A DNA stretch of 60,042 nt from a virus (IMGVR_UViG_3300046028_006424:1-60042); one strand, 5' to 3'. Counted from the first letter of the stretch, positions 15,769 through 30,700 are shown. Translations and numbers: made by a program. Notes: generated by a model from the sequence alone, not told the origin.

Positions 15769-18700
15769 ATGCCAGACTTCAGTGAAAACCGCCGCCGCAT
15801 TCGTACCCCTGGCGTAAACAGCCAGCAATCCCAGTCTCCTTTCATCTCTGACACACAGGTGCGGATGATGAACGCGCAACGAGGGCAGAGCATCATGGCC
15901 GACAAGATTGCCCGCGCCGGAGTTCCGTCTAGCTACACGCCGCGCAAATCCACATCAAGCCGCGACACGAACGGCGATGGCGTCATTTCATCTGGCGAAC
16001 GCGTGGACCACATCAAGCGCCCAGACGGCACGCTCGTTCCCGTGGCTGCCGCTACCGGCGACCCCTACCTTGTTCGGCCAAAGGGTGTAGATCACTACGT
16101 CTCCCCCCGCAGCGGCGATCGGTTCAAGGTTGACCCCGCTTCCCCGACTGGGTTGCTGTCCATCGGTAGCGCCCGTGACGAGGCGATGCGCAAGGCGGCA
16201 GAGAAGCAAGCCAAGGAGGACGCAGCCGCATCCAAGATCGAGGCAAAAGCTGTCACGGATGCCGACAAGGCCACCGCGAAGGCAGCCGCCGAGGCGAAGA
16301 AGCTCGCGAACGCCCAGGCTACGGACAAACTCATCGCAGAAGGCCGCGCCTACCATTTGTCCCGCGAGACTGGCACGCCGCTACCGGTGCAGACGGATGA
16401 AGAGTTCGCCAAGGCCAAGCAGGAGAAGATGGCAAAACTTCAGCAGGAGGCAGCCGCGAAGCCCTACAAGAAGCGCCTCGACGAGCTTCAGCTTGAACTC
16501 TCGAACCCTGACCTGCCCAAAGTCACAGACAAAGACCTTTCCGACGCCGACAACGAACGTGCTGCCGCTGAAACTGAACTCATGGCGCAGCGTGGAACCG
16601 ATGACCTCGCCACCCCGTTGACCGATGACGAGGTGAAAGCCGCGCTAGCCGATCCGTTGCGCAAGGATGCCGCGAACAAACTTCTCGCTGCACGCGAAAA
16701 AACCGCCGCGCTGCCGAAGCACGTCGCGAAGCGCCTGGCATTGGAGAAAGAAGCCTACGAGACAAAGAAGCGCATCCTTGACCCGCTAAAATACGCCGCC
16801 GACCTCAAGGCCGAAGCGCCGATGAAGTCAGACGACGAACTCAAGGCGCACGCCGACGAGATCAACAACCGCATCAAGGCCCGCGACGCCGATGTGAGGC
16901 AGGAAGCCGCCCGCATCACGCAGAAAGATGGCCAGTTCAGTCAACAATACGCGCTCACGAAGCAGAAGTACGACGAGGCGCTAACCGGTGGCGACCCGAA
17001 CGTTATCGGCACGCTTGGAGACTCCATGCGCGACCTTGAGCAACAGATGCTCCAATGGCAGGGTTCCAGTCAGGACCAGCGCGCTGCCGTCGATGCCGAG
17101 TCGGAGCAGATCAAGCATGATGCAAGTCATTTGCAAATCTTGGCCGATGAGCAGAAGAAGCGCGACGCCGTGCGGCAGGATCAATACACCGCCGCTCTCG
17201 ATGCCGCGCTCCCTAGCGCAGGCCAGAAGTACAAGTCCGTCACCGAGGACGCGTACAAGCGCCGCGAAGACCTGCGCGCCAAGTATCCCGACCCGTTCGC
17301 ACCTGAGGCAAAGGCTGCTTTTGACGCTCTGAACAAGGATTTCGAGGAGAAGGCCACGGCCATCACCAAGGAAGCAGATGCAGCCGCCCGCGCCAAGCAG
17401 CAGAAGCAGCAAGAACTCCGCGGCAAAGCTTTCGATGCCGCACAGGCCGCCAAAAGCGAGATCGCCAAGCAGCGCGCCGCCGATCCTGCCGCGCCGCACG
17501 GCCTCTCCGACCTTCTCTCAATCTCCAAATGGAAGAAGGCTTTCACGATGACACACGAAGAGCGTTCTGCTGAGGACTCTGCCCAGATGCAGAAGCAGAA
17601 GGCCATCATCGTCGAGCAGATGAAGAAGGCAGGACTGGACCCTGAGAACCCCGAGCATCAGACGTTCATGGAGGATGCTGAGAAGATGGACTGGTCGAAC
17701 GCCATCATTGCCAGCGACGAAAAGGGCGGGTGGGGCGGCAAGATGGGCGCAGAGCACGCCTTGAAGGGCATCACCAACATGCTGGCCAGCGGCAAAGACG
17801 ATTCCACCGCCGAGATCAGCCGCACGCTGTCTGATGGCACGCTGATGATCAACCCGCTTCTTGTGCAGGATGATGCTGGGTACAAGAAAGCCGTGGAGAA
17901 GGCCGACGCCAAGCCAGAAGCCAAGGCCGCCGCGCTGAAACAGCTGCCTGAGCTTCAAATCCAGCAGGCCGCCGCGCTCCTTCCTGCCTTGCTCGACACT
18001 CCGAAGGCAACCCCGGGCGAAAGCTACGAGTCATTCGAGAAGCGCCGCGAGACCGATCCCGAGCATGGGGAATGGTTCAAAGGACTGCGCGACGGTGAGA
18101 AGGTGCGCGAATACTTCAAAGAGCAGCAGAACCGGGGGAATCTGGTCAACGTTATTGACTACCTCGGCACCCAGGCCATGAGCGGCCTGCTCCAAGCCGG
18201 CACGATGGTTCTCGGCACCGCCGGTATCGCCACGGGCTTCATTCCCAAGGTTGGCGAGGCCATTTCACAGACTGCCGCCGAGGGCAGCAAGATCGCTTCG
18301 TCCATGACTGCCACCACCCGCCAGGAAACCGGAGCGGGCGGAGCACTGCGGACAGTCGGCCAGATCGCCAACATGGCCCCGCCGCTGGCGCTCGTCGCTC
18401 TGTCGGGCGGTCGCACCGCGCCAATGCTGGGTTTGTCCGGCATGCAGACGGCTGGATCCCAGTATGCCCAAGGCTATCAGGAGATGCGCGACAAAGGCGC
18501 CACGCACGCAGAAGCATGGAAGGCACAGGCGCTCCCCGCAGTGGCCTCCGGTATCGTTACGGCCGCACTGACGCACGCGGGCGGGCAGAAAGGTATCGAA
18601 GCACTGTATTCACCTGCTGGCCGTGCTGCCGCCAAGGAAGCGATCAAATCCTATTGGACCGCGCTCCCCAAAGCTTTCGTGAAGGAGGGCGGGCGTGAAT

Positions 18701-21700
18701 TCCTGTTCGAAGAACTGCCCGACGAACTGATTTCGACGATCATCGCGGCCAAGGCCAGCGGAGATGACCCAGCCAAGGCAGTTCACCAGCTGATCGACCA
18801 GCTTCCCGAGTTCGGAGCGGCCATCATGCTGCTTGGCGGAGCCGGTGGGGTGAAGGAAGCCATGCAGGAGAATAGAACAGCGAGCCAGCCGCCCGCCGAG
18901 GATCTTGCCGACGCTCCCACACCTTCCGTGTTGCCTGAGACAGAAGCCGCGAGAACCGCAGCGATTCAGGCATGGACCCCTGCCACGGTGCCAAACTCTG
19001 TGCTGAACGCCACCAAGGCCGCGCATGGCAAGGATGCCACCCCCGAGCAGCAAACCGACATGGCCCGCACCGCCGCGCACGCGCTGGTGGAGATTGCCGC
19101 CGGCGGAGATCCGCGCACGATGTCACCCGAAGTCCGCCGCGTGCTGGGCATCAAGATCAATTCCAAGGATGGCAGCATTGTGCCTGCTTCTGCCAACGTG
19201 ATGCCGCTGGTGGAGAGTGTGGCCGACCCCAAGGGGAACCATCAGCCCGTCATCACCGATGCCGCCCGCGCATGGCTGGCAAAGGAGGTGCCGACCGCTG
19301 CCGAAGCCATCAAGTCGTCCTATGCGGAGCGCGTGGAGCAGATCAAGAACCCGCCGAAGCCTGCGAAGAAACCGAAGGTAGAGAAAGCGCAGCCCGCCAA
19401 TGCAAGCCAAGAAATGTCGGCCACCAAGCTTCGTAAGCTGGCCCAGCAGAGGCAAAATGAGCTTTTATGGAAGAGGGACGGTAAAGCGGGCGGCACTGAT
19501 GAGATTGCAACTAGCCCGCGCCAATTATCCGCAGCGGAAAAGGCCGAACTTGAATCTTTAGACAAGCATCTTGCCGCAGATGACACCGAAGCGCTTGCAA
19601 AGCAGTACGGAGTAAAAATCAAGGCTCCGGTTGACGTGACATCACCGGCCACGACTCCAACTGAACCCGCTGCATCGCCAACTAAAGCGACTACTCCGCC
19701 AAGTAAGCCCGCCGAAAGCGTCAATTCAGGCCAAAGTAGCCCCAAACTCCCCCGCGAACTCGCTAGCGCCAAGCCTCGCTGGAAAGAATACGAACTGGAG
19801 TTTGAAAGCGACATTGACCGCGCCGCCTACATCGCCGCGCAGGAAAAGCCATCGAAGCGTGATGCTGACTACTTGGCGTTTGCCATGAAGCACGCGGGTT
19901 TGTCTGAGCCTGCCGTCCGTTCCCATGGGGCCGCAGTCCGCGCCTACATCAAAGCCAACACAGGCAGCGCCAAAAACAGCAAGACTGGACCGACCATCGC
20001 TATTCCATCGCAGATGGAGGCTAGGAAGCCTGCCGTTGAAATCTCCCCCCACTTGATTGAGACGGTTCCCGAGGATTTGGCACGCGCCCAGGAAGACCGC
20101 ACGGCCAACAATGAACGCTGGCAGCGGGCGGAGAAGTCAACCGACCCGATCCACGTCCTACAATTGCCAGGCGGCAAATACCGCGTGATCGACGGCCACC
20201 ACCGGCTGATTGACCGCCTCGCCAAGGGACAGCCCATCATGGCGACCATGGGAAAGGCCAAGACTCCACAAAAGGAGGAAAAACCACAGCCAACAGAGCA
20301 AGAAAAAGCTCCACGCGGAACAATTGAGCCGGTAGCCACCGCCCCCGAGGACCGCAAAGACGCAGCGCAAGGCTTGGCAGGCGGCGCTTTACTCGCTGCC
20401 GCTGAGAAGCAGTCGCAGGCCGTGGTATCGAAGATGCAGGGCGAAGAGAAGCAGCGGGCCATCATCGCCCGTGATGTCATCTTGGCCGTCATCCGCCGCT
20501 ACAATGGTCACTTGCCTATCGACCTTGCCAAGGGTGACAACGGTTTTTCGTTCAGCAACGAGGGCAAGGTGCTGATTAATCCCCGCAAGGCCATCATGGA
20601 CGTGGTAGAGGCCACAAGCAGCAATGCCGAAGCTAAGACCATGGCGGAGAAGTTGTTCGACCATGAGGTGATTCACCTGTTCGCGACGAGCAAGATTGAA
20701 CCCGCCCGCATCAAGGCCGTGTGGAACGACCTCCCGCAGGATGTCAAAAACGCCGTCATCAAAGCGTACTCCATCCGCCTTGTGGCATCCGGCCAGCCCG
20801 CCGTTGATTTGAACGACTTCGCCGGGGGCCATGAGTATTTCCGCGCCATGATCGAGGCCACGCGCACGGGTGTGCTCTCGGAGCAGGCCATCGGGCCAAA
20901 GCTGGCCGAGAAGTGGAAGCAGATCGTTCTCGACTTCCTCGCCATCCTAAAAGACCTCAAGAAGCAGTTCGCCAGCATCAAGTCGGAGGCCAAGCGCACC
21001 GAGCTTACCGCTCGCGTTGAAGCCATCCGCAAGGAAATCAGCGACGCCCTCGACCAGTTCGAGCGTTCCATCGCCCCCCAGGAAAGCAACAACCCCGGTA
21101 AAGAGCCTGCGCTGGCTACAAGTACCGGGGCTGTGAGCACGACCGAAACGTCTTCCGAGTCGCCGGTCAAGGGATCTACCGAAACCGTTGCTGCTGCTGA
21201 TGGGGTTACTTCTATCACAAATGCGAAAGAGTCAAGTGTCAAAAGTGAGAAGCAAGAAGCCATAAGGGCAGGTATCCCGGTGAAGGAGGTTACTACCCCT
21301 GCCGCTATCAAGGAGAAGAATCCAGCGGATGCTAAGGCGCTCCGTGAGATGAAGCGTTACCTGCTGGAAAAGATCGACGATGCCATTGCAACGGCTGGCG
21401 ACCCTTCGCAGCCCAAGGTGGTGATTGAAATCCCAGGAGACGGGACATTCACGCTGCACAACAACAAAAAGACGCTTCAGGAGTTTGCCAAGAAGGCCAA
21501 GAGTTTCCCGACATCGACGCCAGCGGCCACGGTGCCGAAGTTGACGGAAATCCGCCCTTCTGGTATCCCCGTGCTGAACAAAGGCAAAGTGACTACTGCC
21601 ACACTAGTAAAAGTGGCCGGCGCATTTGCCTCAACCGACGACTCGCGGCAAAGCATCATGCAAGTGGCCGACTTTGGCGACACGCTCGTTGCTACCGATG

Positions 21701-24700
21701 GCCGCATGATGTTCACGGCTCCCATCCCAGGGGAAGGAACCGAGGAAGACCCTGTTCTCTACTCCGCGAATGGTGCAAGACTTGGCCCACAGTCGAAGAA
21801 TGAGAAGTTTGGCAAATATCCAGGCTGGCAAGTCGCCATCCCGCAGGATGCGGAGGTTATTTACCGAGGACTCGACACGGGGCGCTTGTGGCAGATCCTC
21901 AAGCAGGCCAGCGCGGTGTACCGTGACACGAACTGGAAAGTCGTAAACGGCAAAGGGCAGACCGAAAACCAAACTCCTTACGTTCAAATCTTCATCAACC
22001 CCGACAATACCATTGGTGTGCGTGGGGAGGCCGACAACAGGACACAGGATGGTGGCGGCTACGTTTCAAATATCGACGTTTACGAGCATAACATGCAGCC
22101 AGGGGCGCAGATCGTTGGCCGTTTTGATGCTGACTTGTTCATGTCGGCGCTCGCGGCATTCCGTGCTATTGGCCAAGAAAAAGTTTCTATCAAAAGCACC
22201 GATGATAAGACGCAGGGAGCCATGATTCTTTCGTCCCGTGCTGCGGATGTCATTATCATGCGGGTGAAAGGCTTGTCTCCATCGGAGAAAGCCGCGCCGT
22301 CGCCAGCAGAAACCAAATCCCCAGCAATCTCCCCGCCCGAAATCAAGGATGATGCCCCATCCTTGAAATCTGAGGAACCCGCAGCACCGAAGGATGCCAT
22401 CGACAGCGCGCTGGACGAGGCATTCGGTGGCCTGTACGCGCCCCCGACTGGTAAAGGCACGCCGTTGGACCTCTCGGAGGCTATCAGCGCCGTGGAAGCA
22501 TTTTACGCAGATCCGAGCGAGCCGACCAACTGGCCCGAAGATTTGCAAGAAGACTTCGAGAAGGCTCCCTTGTCGCAGGCCGTTGAGAGCACCGATTTCG
22601 TGGCGTTTTACGAAGCACTGCCCGAGAATAAGCGCACCAAGGAGTTCACCCAGTGGTACGAGGAAGCCAAAGCCAACGAGACGGTGCAAAAGCGCCTCGA
22701 CGGCTTTTATTCCACGCTCAAAAAGAACCCGCAGGCAGCATTCACCGCCGACGAATGGGCCGCGCTGCAAGCCAGCCCGAACGAGGCAAGGCGCGACATC
22801 GAGACGCAAAAGCAAGTGACGGAGCGCGCCATTCAGCAACTCACCATTCCCGAGCGCAAAATCTATGACGACGACCTTGAAAACCTGAATGAGTTCTGGG
22901 AATCGGACAAGCCGCAGGAAATGGCGATGGCCGGATTCCTCCCGCAAGTGAAGGAGCGCGTTCAGTCCACGATCCAGCAAATCGAAGCCCTTGGCCGTCA
23001 CAAGTGGGACAAGACCATGCAGGCGTTCGACGAACTCGACGAGCCGCAGGTGCTATTCCAGAATCCCGGCCCGGTTGAGCAGGTGGCACTGCCCAAAGAC
23101 CGCCGCGACGCCATGATGAAGGCAGCGGGCGCACTGGTTGACCTTGGCTTGAAGACTCCCCAAGAACTCGCCGCCCGCCTCGACAAGCTGGCTCCAAACG
23201 GTGCGCTGCGCCAATACGCCCGCTCGTTCTGGCGTTTGATGACCGGATTTGACGCGGAACTGGACGAGAATCCAGACTGGCAGGCGATTTACGCGCCGAA
23301 GGTGGAAGCGCCGGCGACGGCAGAACCGGACGCAATTCGCGACCTGATTCTTTCCGATGACAGCCGCGCCAAAAAAGCGCAGGCCATGAAAAAGTTGTCA
23401 CAGGAGCGCGGCGAAACTATCAAGGAGACGCAGGAGTTCGTGGAATCTCGCCTTGTTCAGATCGCTGACGAGGTGGCACGCAATGGCGAGCCTGCAAAGG
23501 ATCGGTTCGACGAACTTGTCAGCATCTACGACAAGCAGCCCCTCTTTTCCGCTCGCACCAGCACAAGCATGGAGAACCAGGCGTATTCTACGCCAGCACC
23601 GATGGCGTTTGTTCTCGGTCACATGACCGGCGTGACTCCGCAGACTTCCGTTTACGATGCCACCGCAGGCAATGGCATGCTTGAAATCGGGGCCAATCTG
23701 GAGAACTCCGTCGCCAATGAGATCGACGAAACCCGCCGCACGGGGCTGCAACAGCTTGGAGTCGGCACGATCACGAACAAGGACGCGACATCGCCAGTTG
23801 GAGCGTTCAAGGACCGCGCAAAGGCCCAGGTGGTTCACTTGAACCCGCCCTTTGGCGGCATCCCGAACACGAACTTCGATGGATTCGGCATTCGCAAGCT
23901 AGAGCACATCATCAGCCTGCACGCCCTCAAGGAAGGCATGGCCGACAACGGCACCGCTGCTATCATCCTCGGTGCCACGATGCACAATCAAGAGCAGAGC
24001 AAGGGCGCACAGTGGGTGTTTGAGAACTACCTGTACGGGAACTACCACGTCATTGATAACTTCGAAGTTTCCGGCGACCTCTACGGCAACCAGGGCGCAA
24101 AATGGCCCGTTCGCATCCTCGTTATCGCTGGCCGTCGCGCCGTGCCTCTCACCAAGCAGGACTTGGCCCCCAAAACGGTTGACCGCCTCGAAACATGGGA
24201 TGATGTTTGGACACGCGCAGAGCGCACACGCCATGAAGTTGAACGCCAACGACAGATTCTCGGCACCGATGGACAATCCTCGGTACCTGCTGGTACTCCC
24301 ACAGGGAACGAAGGAACCCAAAAACCGGGATCAGTATCTAGCGGCCAACCTTCAAATGCTCCAACGCCTGCAAGCGGAGGCAAGCGAGGAGGAAATTCAG
24401 GAGGCAAATCAAGTTCTTCGACAACTGGAAACGGAAGTTCTGGACTGGATGCCTCAGGAACTTCTGAGCAATCCGCAGACGCTGGAACTGCTGACCAGTC
24501 TGACGCCAGTGGACGGAAGCCCACTTCAGGAGTGGAAGGCGGGCGAGGAAGCAGCACTAAAAGCCCCTCGAATGCTGGAAACGGAAGCCCGACAGATCGC
24601 GGAAACGCTGACGCTGGCGGGGCGGATCAGTCAAATGATCGAGGCGTAAAGCGCAAAAAGGCGGAGGCCACCGCAACGCAGGTTCCCTACGACCCTGCAT

Positions 24701-27700
24701 CAACGGGCAATCCATTTGAAACGCTGGTCCCTCGCGGCATTGGCGATGCGCTGCAATCCGCGCTCGCAGAAATCAAAGCCAACCGTGGCCCGATTGACCA
24801 GTACGTTGCCGACAGTCTCGATATGTCGGTTGCTGACCTGCAAAAAGCCATGGCTGCCGAGCAAATCGACGGCGTGGCGATGGCAATCTACCAGATGGAA
24901 ACGGGCGGGGCGCTTATCATCGGGGACGAAACCGGCATTGGCAAAGGCAGGCAGGCGGCATCGTTGATCCGGTTCGCCATCCTCAAGGGCAAGATTCCCG
25001 TGTTCTTCACCAAAGACCCGAAACTCTTCTCTGACATGTGGGGCGACCTGCGCGACATCGGTACGCAGATGTCAGAGCCAAATGCCTCGGCGTCAGATTT
25101 GTCTGTTCGCCCACTGGTGCTTGGCGATGCCGAGAAGGCGCAAATCAAGACGCCTGACAATGTGGTTGTACTGAAACCCGCTTCAAACGCTAAGCAGAGC
25201 AAAATCTTTGCCGCCGCCAAGGAAGAAGGATTCGCATCAACAGGCCACAACGCCATTTTTGCCACCTATTCCCAGATCCGCGACCCGAACGCCCGCCAGG
25301 AGTTCTTGGAGTGGCTGGCCGCGAATGACGATATCGTTGTCGTTCTCGATGAAGCTCACGAATCAGCAGGCGATGGAGAAACCTCCATGCAGGCTGCATT
25401 TATGATGGGCGGCACCATCAAACGCGGCAAAGGATCGGCCAAGACGGAGATTACCAAAAGCGGACTGTTGAACGGCCAAGGCGCCATGCACCCGCGTGGA
25501 GGTGTGTTGTACCTTTCCGCGACCTTTGCGAAGCGTCCCGACAACATGCCCGTGTATTACCGCACGGACCTGCGCCGAGGCGCTGATAACTTCAAGCAGG
25601 TGGTGGAAGCCATGACCAGGGGCGGCGTGGCGCTGCAACAGGCCATCACTGAGGCGCTGGCCGAGGCTGGTCAATACACCCGCCGCGAGCGTGACTTCAC
25701 CGGGGTAAGCTACTCCATGAAGCGTGTGGACGTGGGCGACGAAACGGAACTTGTCCGGCAGGTGGACGAAGTGACGAATGTTCTTTCTGAAATCTCTGCA
25801 TTCTCGAAGCGGATAAGTTCAATCGTTCAGGCTTCGACGGCGCAAAGCAATTCGCAAACGTCCATGACGGACTTTGCTTCCATCGTTCACAACCAAGTCG
25901 GGCAACTGCTGCTGGCCGCGAAGGCGGATGCGGTGGTCGATGAGGTGGTTGAAGCGCATAAGCGTGGTGAAAAGCCCATCGTGGCGCTGATGAACACCAT
26001 GGAGAGCTTTTTGCAGCAATACGTGGATGATTTGGACATCAAGCCCGGCCAACCGCTGAATTTGAACTGGTCAGCGCTGCTGGAATACGCACTATCAAGG
26101 ACGCTGCGAGCATCCGAGAAGCTGCCAAATGGCGACACGGAGATTTTCATCGTTGATCCCGCTGACTACAATTTGGCCGGAAGGTACAATGAAGTGCTGA
26201 AAGCCGCCCGTGCGGTATCGGTGGAGTTCCCAGTCAGCCCTATTGACTACATCATCCAGAAAGCCAAGGCAGGCGGTGTGAATGTGGGCGAACTCACGGG
26301 ACGCGAATCTGGCATCGACTACACCGATTTCAAGACCGGGGCGGGAACGTACCGCAAATTCAAGCGTGCGGACAAGAACACCCTCGTCAACACCTTCAAC
26401 AATGGCACTCTTGCGGGGCTGTTGCTGAATGCCAGCGGTTCCACAGGCTTGAGTATCCACGCCTCCGAGAAGTTCAAGGATCAGAAGCCACGGCACATGA
26501 TTATTGCCCAACCTGCGTTGGACATTAACGTGTTCATCCAGACTCTCGGGCGCATCAAACGCACGGGTATCGTGATGAATGGACGCTACCCAGGCGGGGA
26601 AGCCTACGGCGCTCGCTACTCGCATCTGACGTTGCCTCTCAACTCCGAAATGCGTCCCGCCATCATGGCGGCCCGCAAAATGAAGTCACTGAACGCCAAC
26701 ACCACGGGCGAAAGCGATTCGGCAGTGAAGATCGAGGCGGAAGACCTGATGAACCGGTTCGGCAATCAGGTGGTAGCCGAATACCTGTCCCGAATCCCTG
26801 AATTGCAGGGAGAACTCAACCTTGATGTCACGGAACGCGAAGACGGCACCGTGGAAGTGCCGCAGGACATCGCCCGCAAGTTCACTGGCAGGATGGCGCT
26901 GCAAACCAACGCCCGCCAGGGCGAAGCGTACGCGGAAATCATTGCAGACTACCGCCGCGCCGTGGAGCAAGCCAAGGTCACGGGAGACTATGACCTTGAA
27001 ATCATCATTCACGATGACTGGGACGCTACCAAGGCGAGCTCAGAGCAGATCGTTGCCGGTACCGACGAAAGCTCTATTTTCACATCCAGCGTGAACGTTC
27101 AGGGATGGGACATGACCGATACCCGGCCCACCCCATCCGGCGCTGACATGCTGGCGGAGTTCACCAAGGAAAACGGCAGCAATCAGCAGCTAGACACCCG
27201 CTGGCAGTCTTTTTCCCGCGAGGTGAACGAACGTCTCGACGGTCTGGAAAAGCGCACCCAAGCAAGACTGGGTGAGGCGCAGGCCACATTGGCAGGACTG
27301 GCCGAAGCAGATCCAGGGTACAAGGCTGCGGATCTTGCAGTTTCCATGCTTTTGCGCCAACAGGGCAACATTGCAGTCAAAAAGGCCCGCTGGCGCGACA
27401 CGCAGCGCCGCCTTGATGACATCATCGACGAAGCCGGGAAGCCCGTCATGCTGGAGAACGCCGAGACGAACGAGATGGATCACGGCATGATGACGCAGAT
27501 CAAGTTCCCCGACATCACGGGGCAACTGCGCATTGCTCCGAGTGCGTTCAAGATGACGTACCTTCTCAATCGCCCAGGTGGCCGCATCTACCCTTCGTTG
27601 GCAAGTTTCAAGGCGGACGGCTACACACAGGCCCGTTCTCAGTATTATCTGGAAGACATGACCGGCGACCGTGGAGGCCGCAGAGAGCGCCGCACCATCC

Positions 27701-30700
27701 TTGTCGGCAGCCCAATTCGTGCCTATGGCGCGACGGGCGGCAAGGGCAAGGTGGTTCGCTTCAAATCGCGTGACGGAGAACTCATCACGGGAATTATGAT
27801 GCCTCGTAGTTGGGGAATCTCAAATCTCGTCGAAGATCCACGCAAAGAACTGGCGGACGCAGCCGCCGTTGTTCGCTACATGCAGGAAAACCCGTATTCC
27901 GCTGGCTACGTGGAAAGCGGCGAGTCGGTGCGAATCCATCACAACTACGGAAGCTATCGGATCAGCGCCCCCTCGGCCCGCCGCACTGGTGGTGACATCT
28001 TCCTTGATGAAGAACTCCGCGACATCGTGGGAGACTTTAGCAAGAACGGCCAGCGCATGACTGCCGACCTCAACAGCAGCGATATTGAGCGTGCAGCCGC
28101 CCGCGTGGTGCAGATCACCGGTAAACGGTTCAAAGGCCAGGATTTGAACAAGGTACGGAAGGCAAACGGCACCGCAGAGGACAGCGCCGAATCCAAGACT
28201 GTCCGCCCAAAAAGCGCGCTCAAGGAAGCGGCAACGAAGGAATGGGACAAGCATATCGAAAAAGGCGGGTCACTCGGCCAGCCCCCCGCAGGCCGCGACG
28301 ACCCCAACAGCATCCGCAACGCGAAGCGCATCCGCTACCGTGGCCTGTTTAAGAACCAAGAATCAAGCAATGGCCGCGCAATCACCGAGAACCTGAACAA
28401 TCGCGCTCGCGCCGGCCAGATCATCCGCAGTTTCGAGCGCGATTGGGCACCGTTCTTCACCTACATCGACGACACGGCCCCCGAGGGTAAGCGCAAGGAG
28501 GCCCTGAAAAAGTTGGTGAACAAGTTCGCGATGTCTGACTCCCCTGAGAGCAAGTCGCTCTACAAGTGGTACTCGGAACTCCCCCTTGGCGAGCTTGTCC
28601 CCGAGGACACCGAGCGTGTGAAGGAAGCAAAAGAGCTGCTGCCGTATCTTGAGAATCTGACCATTTCCGCACCGACCGTAACGCACGTCATGCCCGATGG
28701 TGCGCAGTTGACCAGCGAAGGCGTGCAAACGCTCATGGCGAACCCTCGCGCCTACCACGGCACGCCCCACAAGGTGGACAAGTTCAGCATGGACAAGATC
28801 GGAACCGGAGAAGGCAATCAAGCTTATGGCTGGGGTCTGTACTTTGCTGAGTCCCGAATGGTGGGCATCGAATACAGGGACACCCTTGGAAACATGCGGC
28901 TGAAAATGCCCGATGGTGGCTATGTTGACGAGAAGCTGAGCACTTCAGGTGCAAAAAGAATCCTGCGCGAAGCGCGGTCCTACTGGATTGAAAAGAAAAC
29001 TCTGAAACAGTTCAGGAGTGATCTCGAAATGCAGCGAGATCGAGCACTGGTCTGGGCGAAACAAGGGAATTCAGCTGAAAGCAATCAGCAGTTCGCCGCT
29101 GATGCAGATGAGATTCTGAAACTTACGGATGATGCAGTTCTAGAAAGCACAGGGAACCTCTATACCGTCGATCTGTTGCCAGACGAGGAGGATTTTCTCG
29201 ACTGGGACAAGCCATTCCACGCACAAAGCCAGAAGGTTCAAGACGCCATCCGTGCATACTTGCCGACCAGCACGTCTATCCTCAAAAATCGTGACGATAT
29301 TGGCGAATTCGAAGGACAGCGCATCTACACATGGATCTCCAACAGCGGCGACAAAAAAGAGTGCAGCAAAGCCATGCTGGCAGCTGGCATTCCTGGCATT
29401 CGGTATCTTGATGGAAACAGCCGTTCGTTTGCTGGTTTCTGGGCTGAATCCAAACCCGATGAATTCGGCAGGTGGTGGGTCACGAACGGACGCGAAAGGG
29501 TATACACCAACTCGCAGAGCGATGCAGCGGCAGAGGTCAAGAAACGGAATTCGGATAACCGTGGCACCTACAACTATGTGCTCTTCGATGAAAGCCTTGT
29601 CCGCATCATCGCTGAAAACGGGAATCCTGTGGATGCCGCTCTGGGTGCGCCTCCTTCTTCCTACCGCTCCCCTGTCAGCATGCTCGAAGAAGCCGTTGGC
29701 AGACTCGGAGGCACCGCGCCAGCGAACAAGCCCGCCGGCCTCAGCAGCATGTTCAACCCAAAGGCGGGCCGTCCTGCCACCGGGGAGCGCACGCTGTTCG
29801 AGACGCCAAAGAATCCAGGGCCCGCATTCCAGACGAAAGACCTGCACGCCGCCTATCAGCGCGCCATCCGCAGCACCTCTACGATCTGGGCGAGCATCCG
29901 CAGCGTGTTCGATGAGGCGAAAAAGCTGAATCCATCCCTGAAAAAGGTCGATTTCATGGCCCAGTTGAAGGCGGCCTACTACTCGAATCTCGTTGGCATC
30001 GAGCCGTCCGAGCAATCGAGCACAGTCAATGCCGCCGGTGACTTCACCATGCGCGACTCTCTCGGCGTGGTTCACACAAACATGGTGTTCATGCCGACCA
30101 CCGAGGCCGAAATGATCGAAGCAGCGGAGCGCGACACAAGCTCGACTCCTGACCAGATCCTGAACGACTGGGCAAATTCTGAACTTTCGCAGCCGCCATC
30201 CCCTCCAATTGACCCGACCGTAGCCAACCAAGGCGACACCAGAGACAATCGGGAAGCGTTTGCGCGCATCCGAGGCTCTTACATTGCCGAGGAGATCACC
30301 CAGGCCAATTTCGACGAGATCCGCGAGAAAGTGCAAAGCCAGATAGACGAGGACGAAGAGGGGATGCTCGACAACATCCAATGGAAGGTTGCCAACGACG
30401 AGCAGCTGAGCCTTGAGGAGGAAATCGCCCGCCGAATGCTCGCCAACACCTTGCGCACCCGTGGTGTGCGGGAAAATGACCCTTCCCTTGTGGTGCTGGC
30501 AGATTCTCTGTGGGGCCAGGACATCCGCGACGCCACCGAGACCGCCCGCAAGCTCGCCGTGCGCGTCGACCAACTGCAATCACCGCAGGAACGCCTCGAT
30601 GCAGCCATGGGCCGCATCATCGCCCCAAACCGGGCAAAACTGCGCGAACGCCTCACGACTGCGTGGACGCCATCGGCCAAACGCCGGGAGATTGCACGCC

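Noticed and set aside
29140-30579. Long antisense ORFs (479 aa here; also 809..2008, 37572..38720, 44264..45286)
   Set aside because: Expected shadows of GC-rich, codon-biased sense genes; no recognisable motifs
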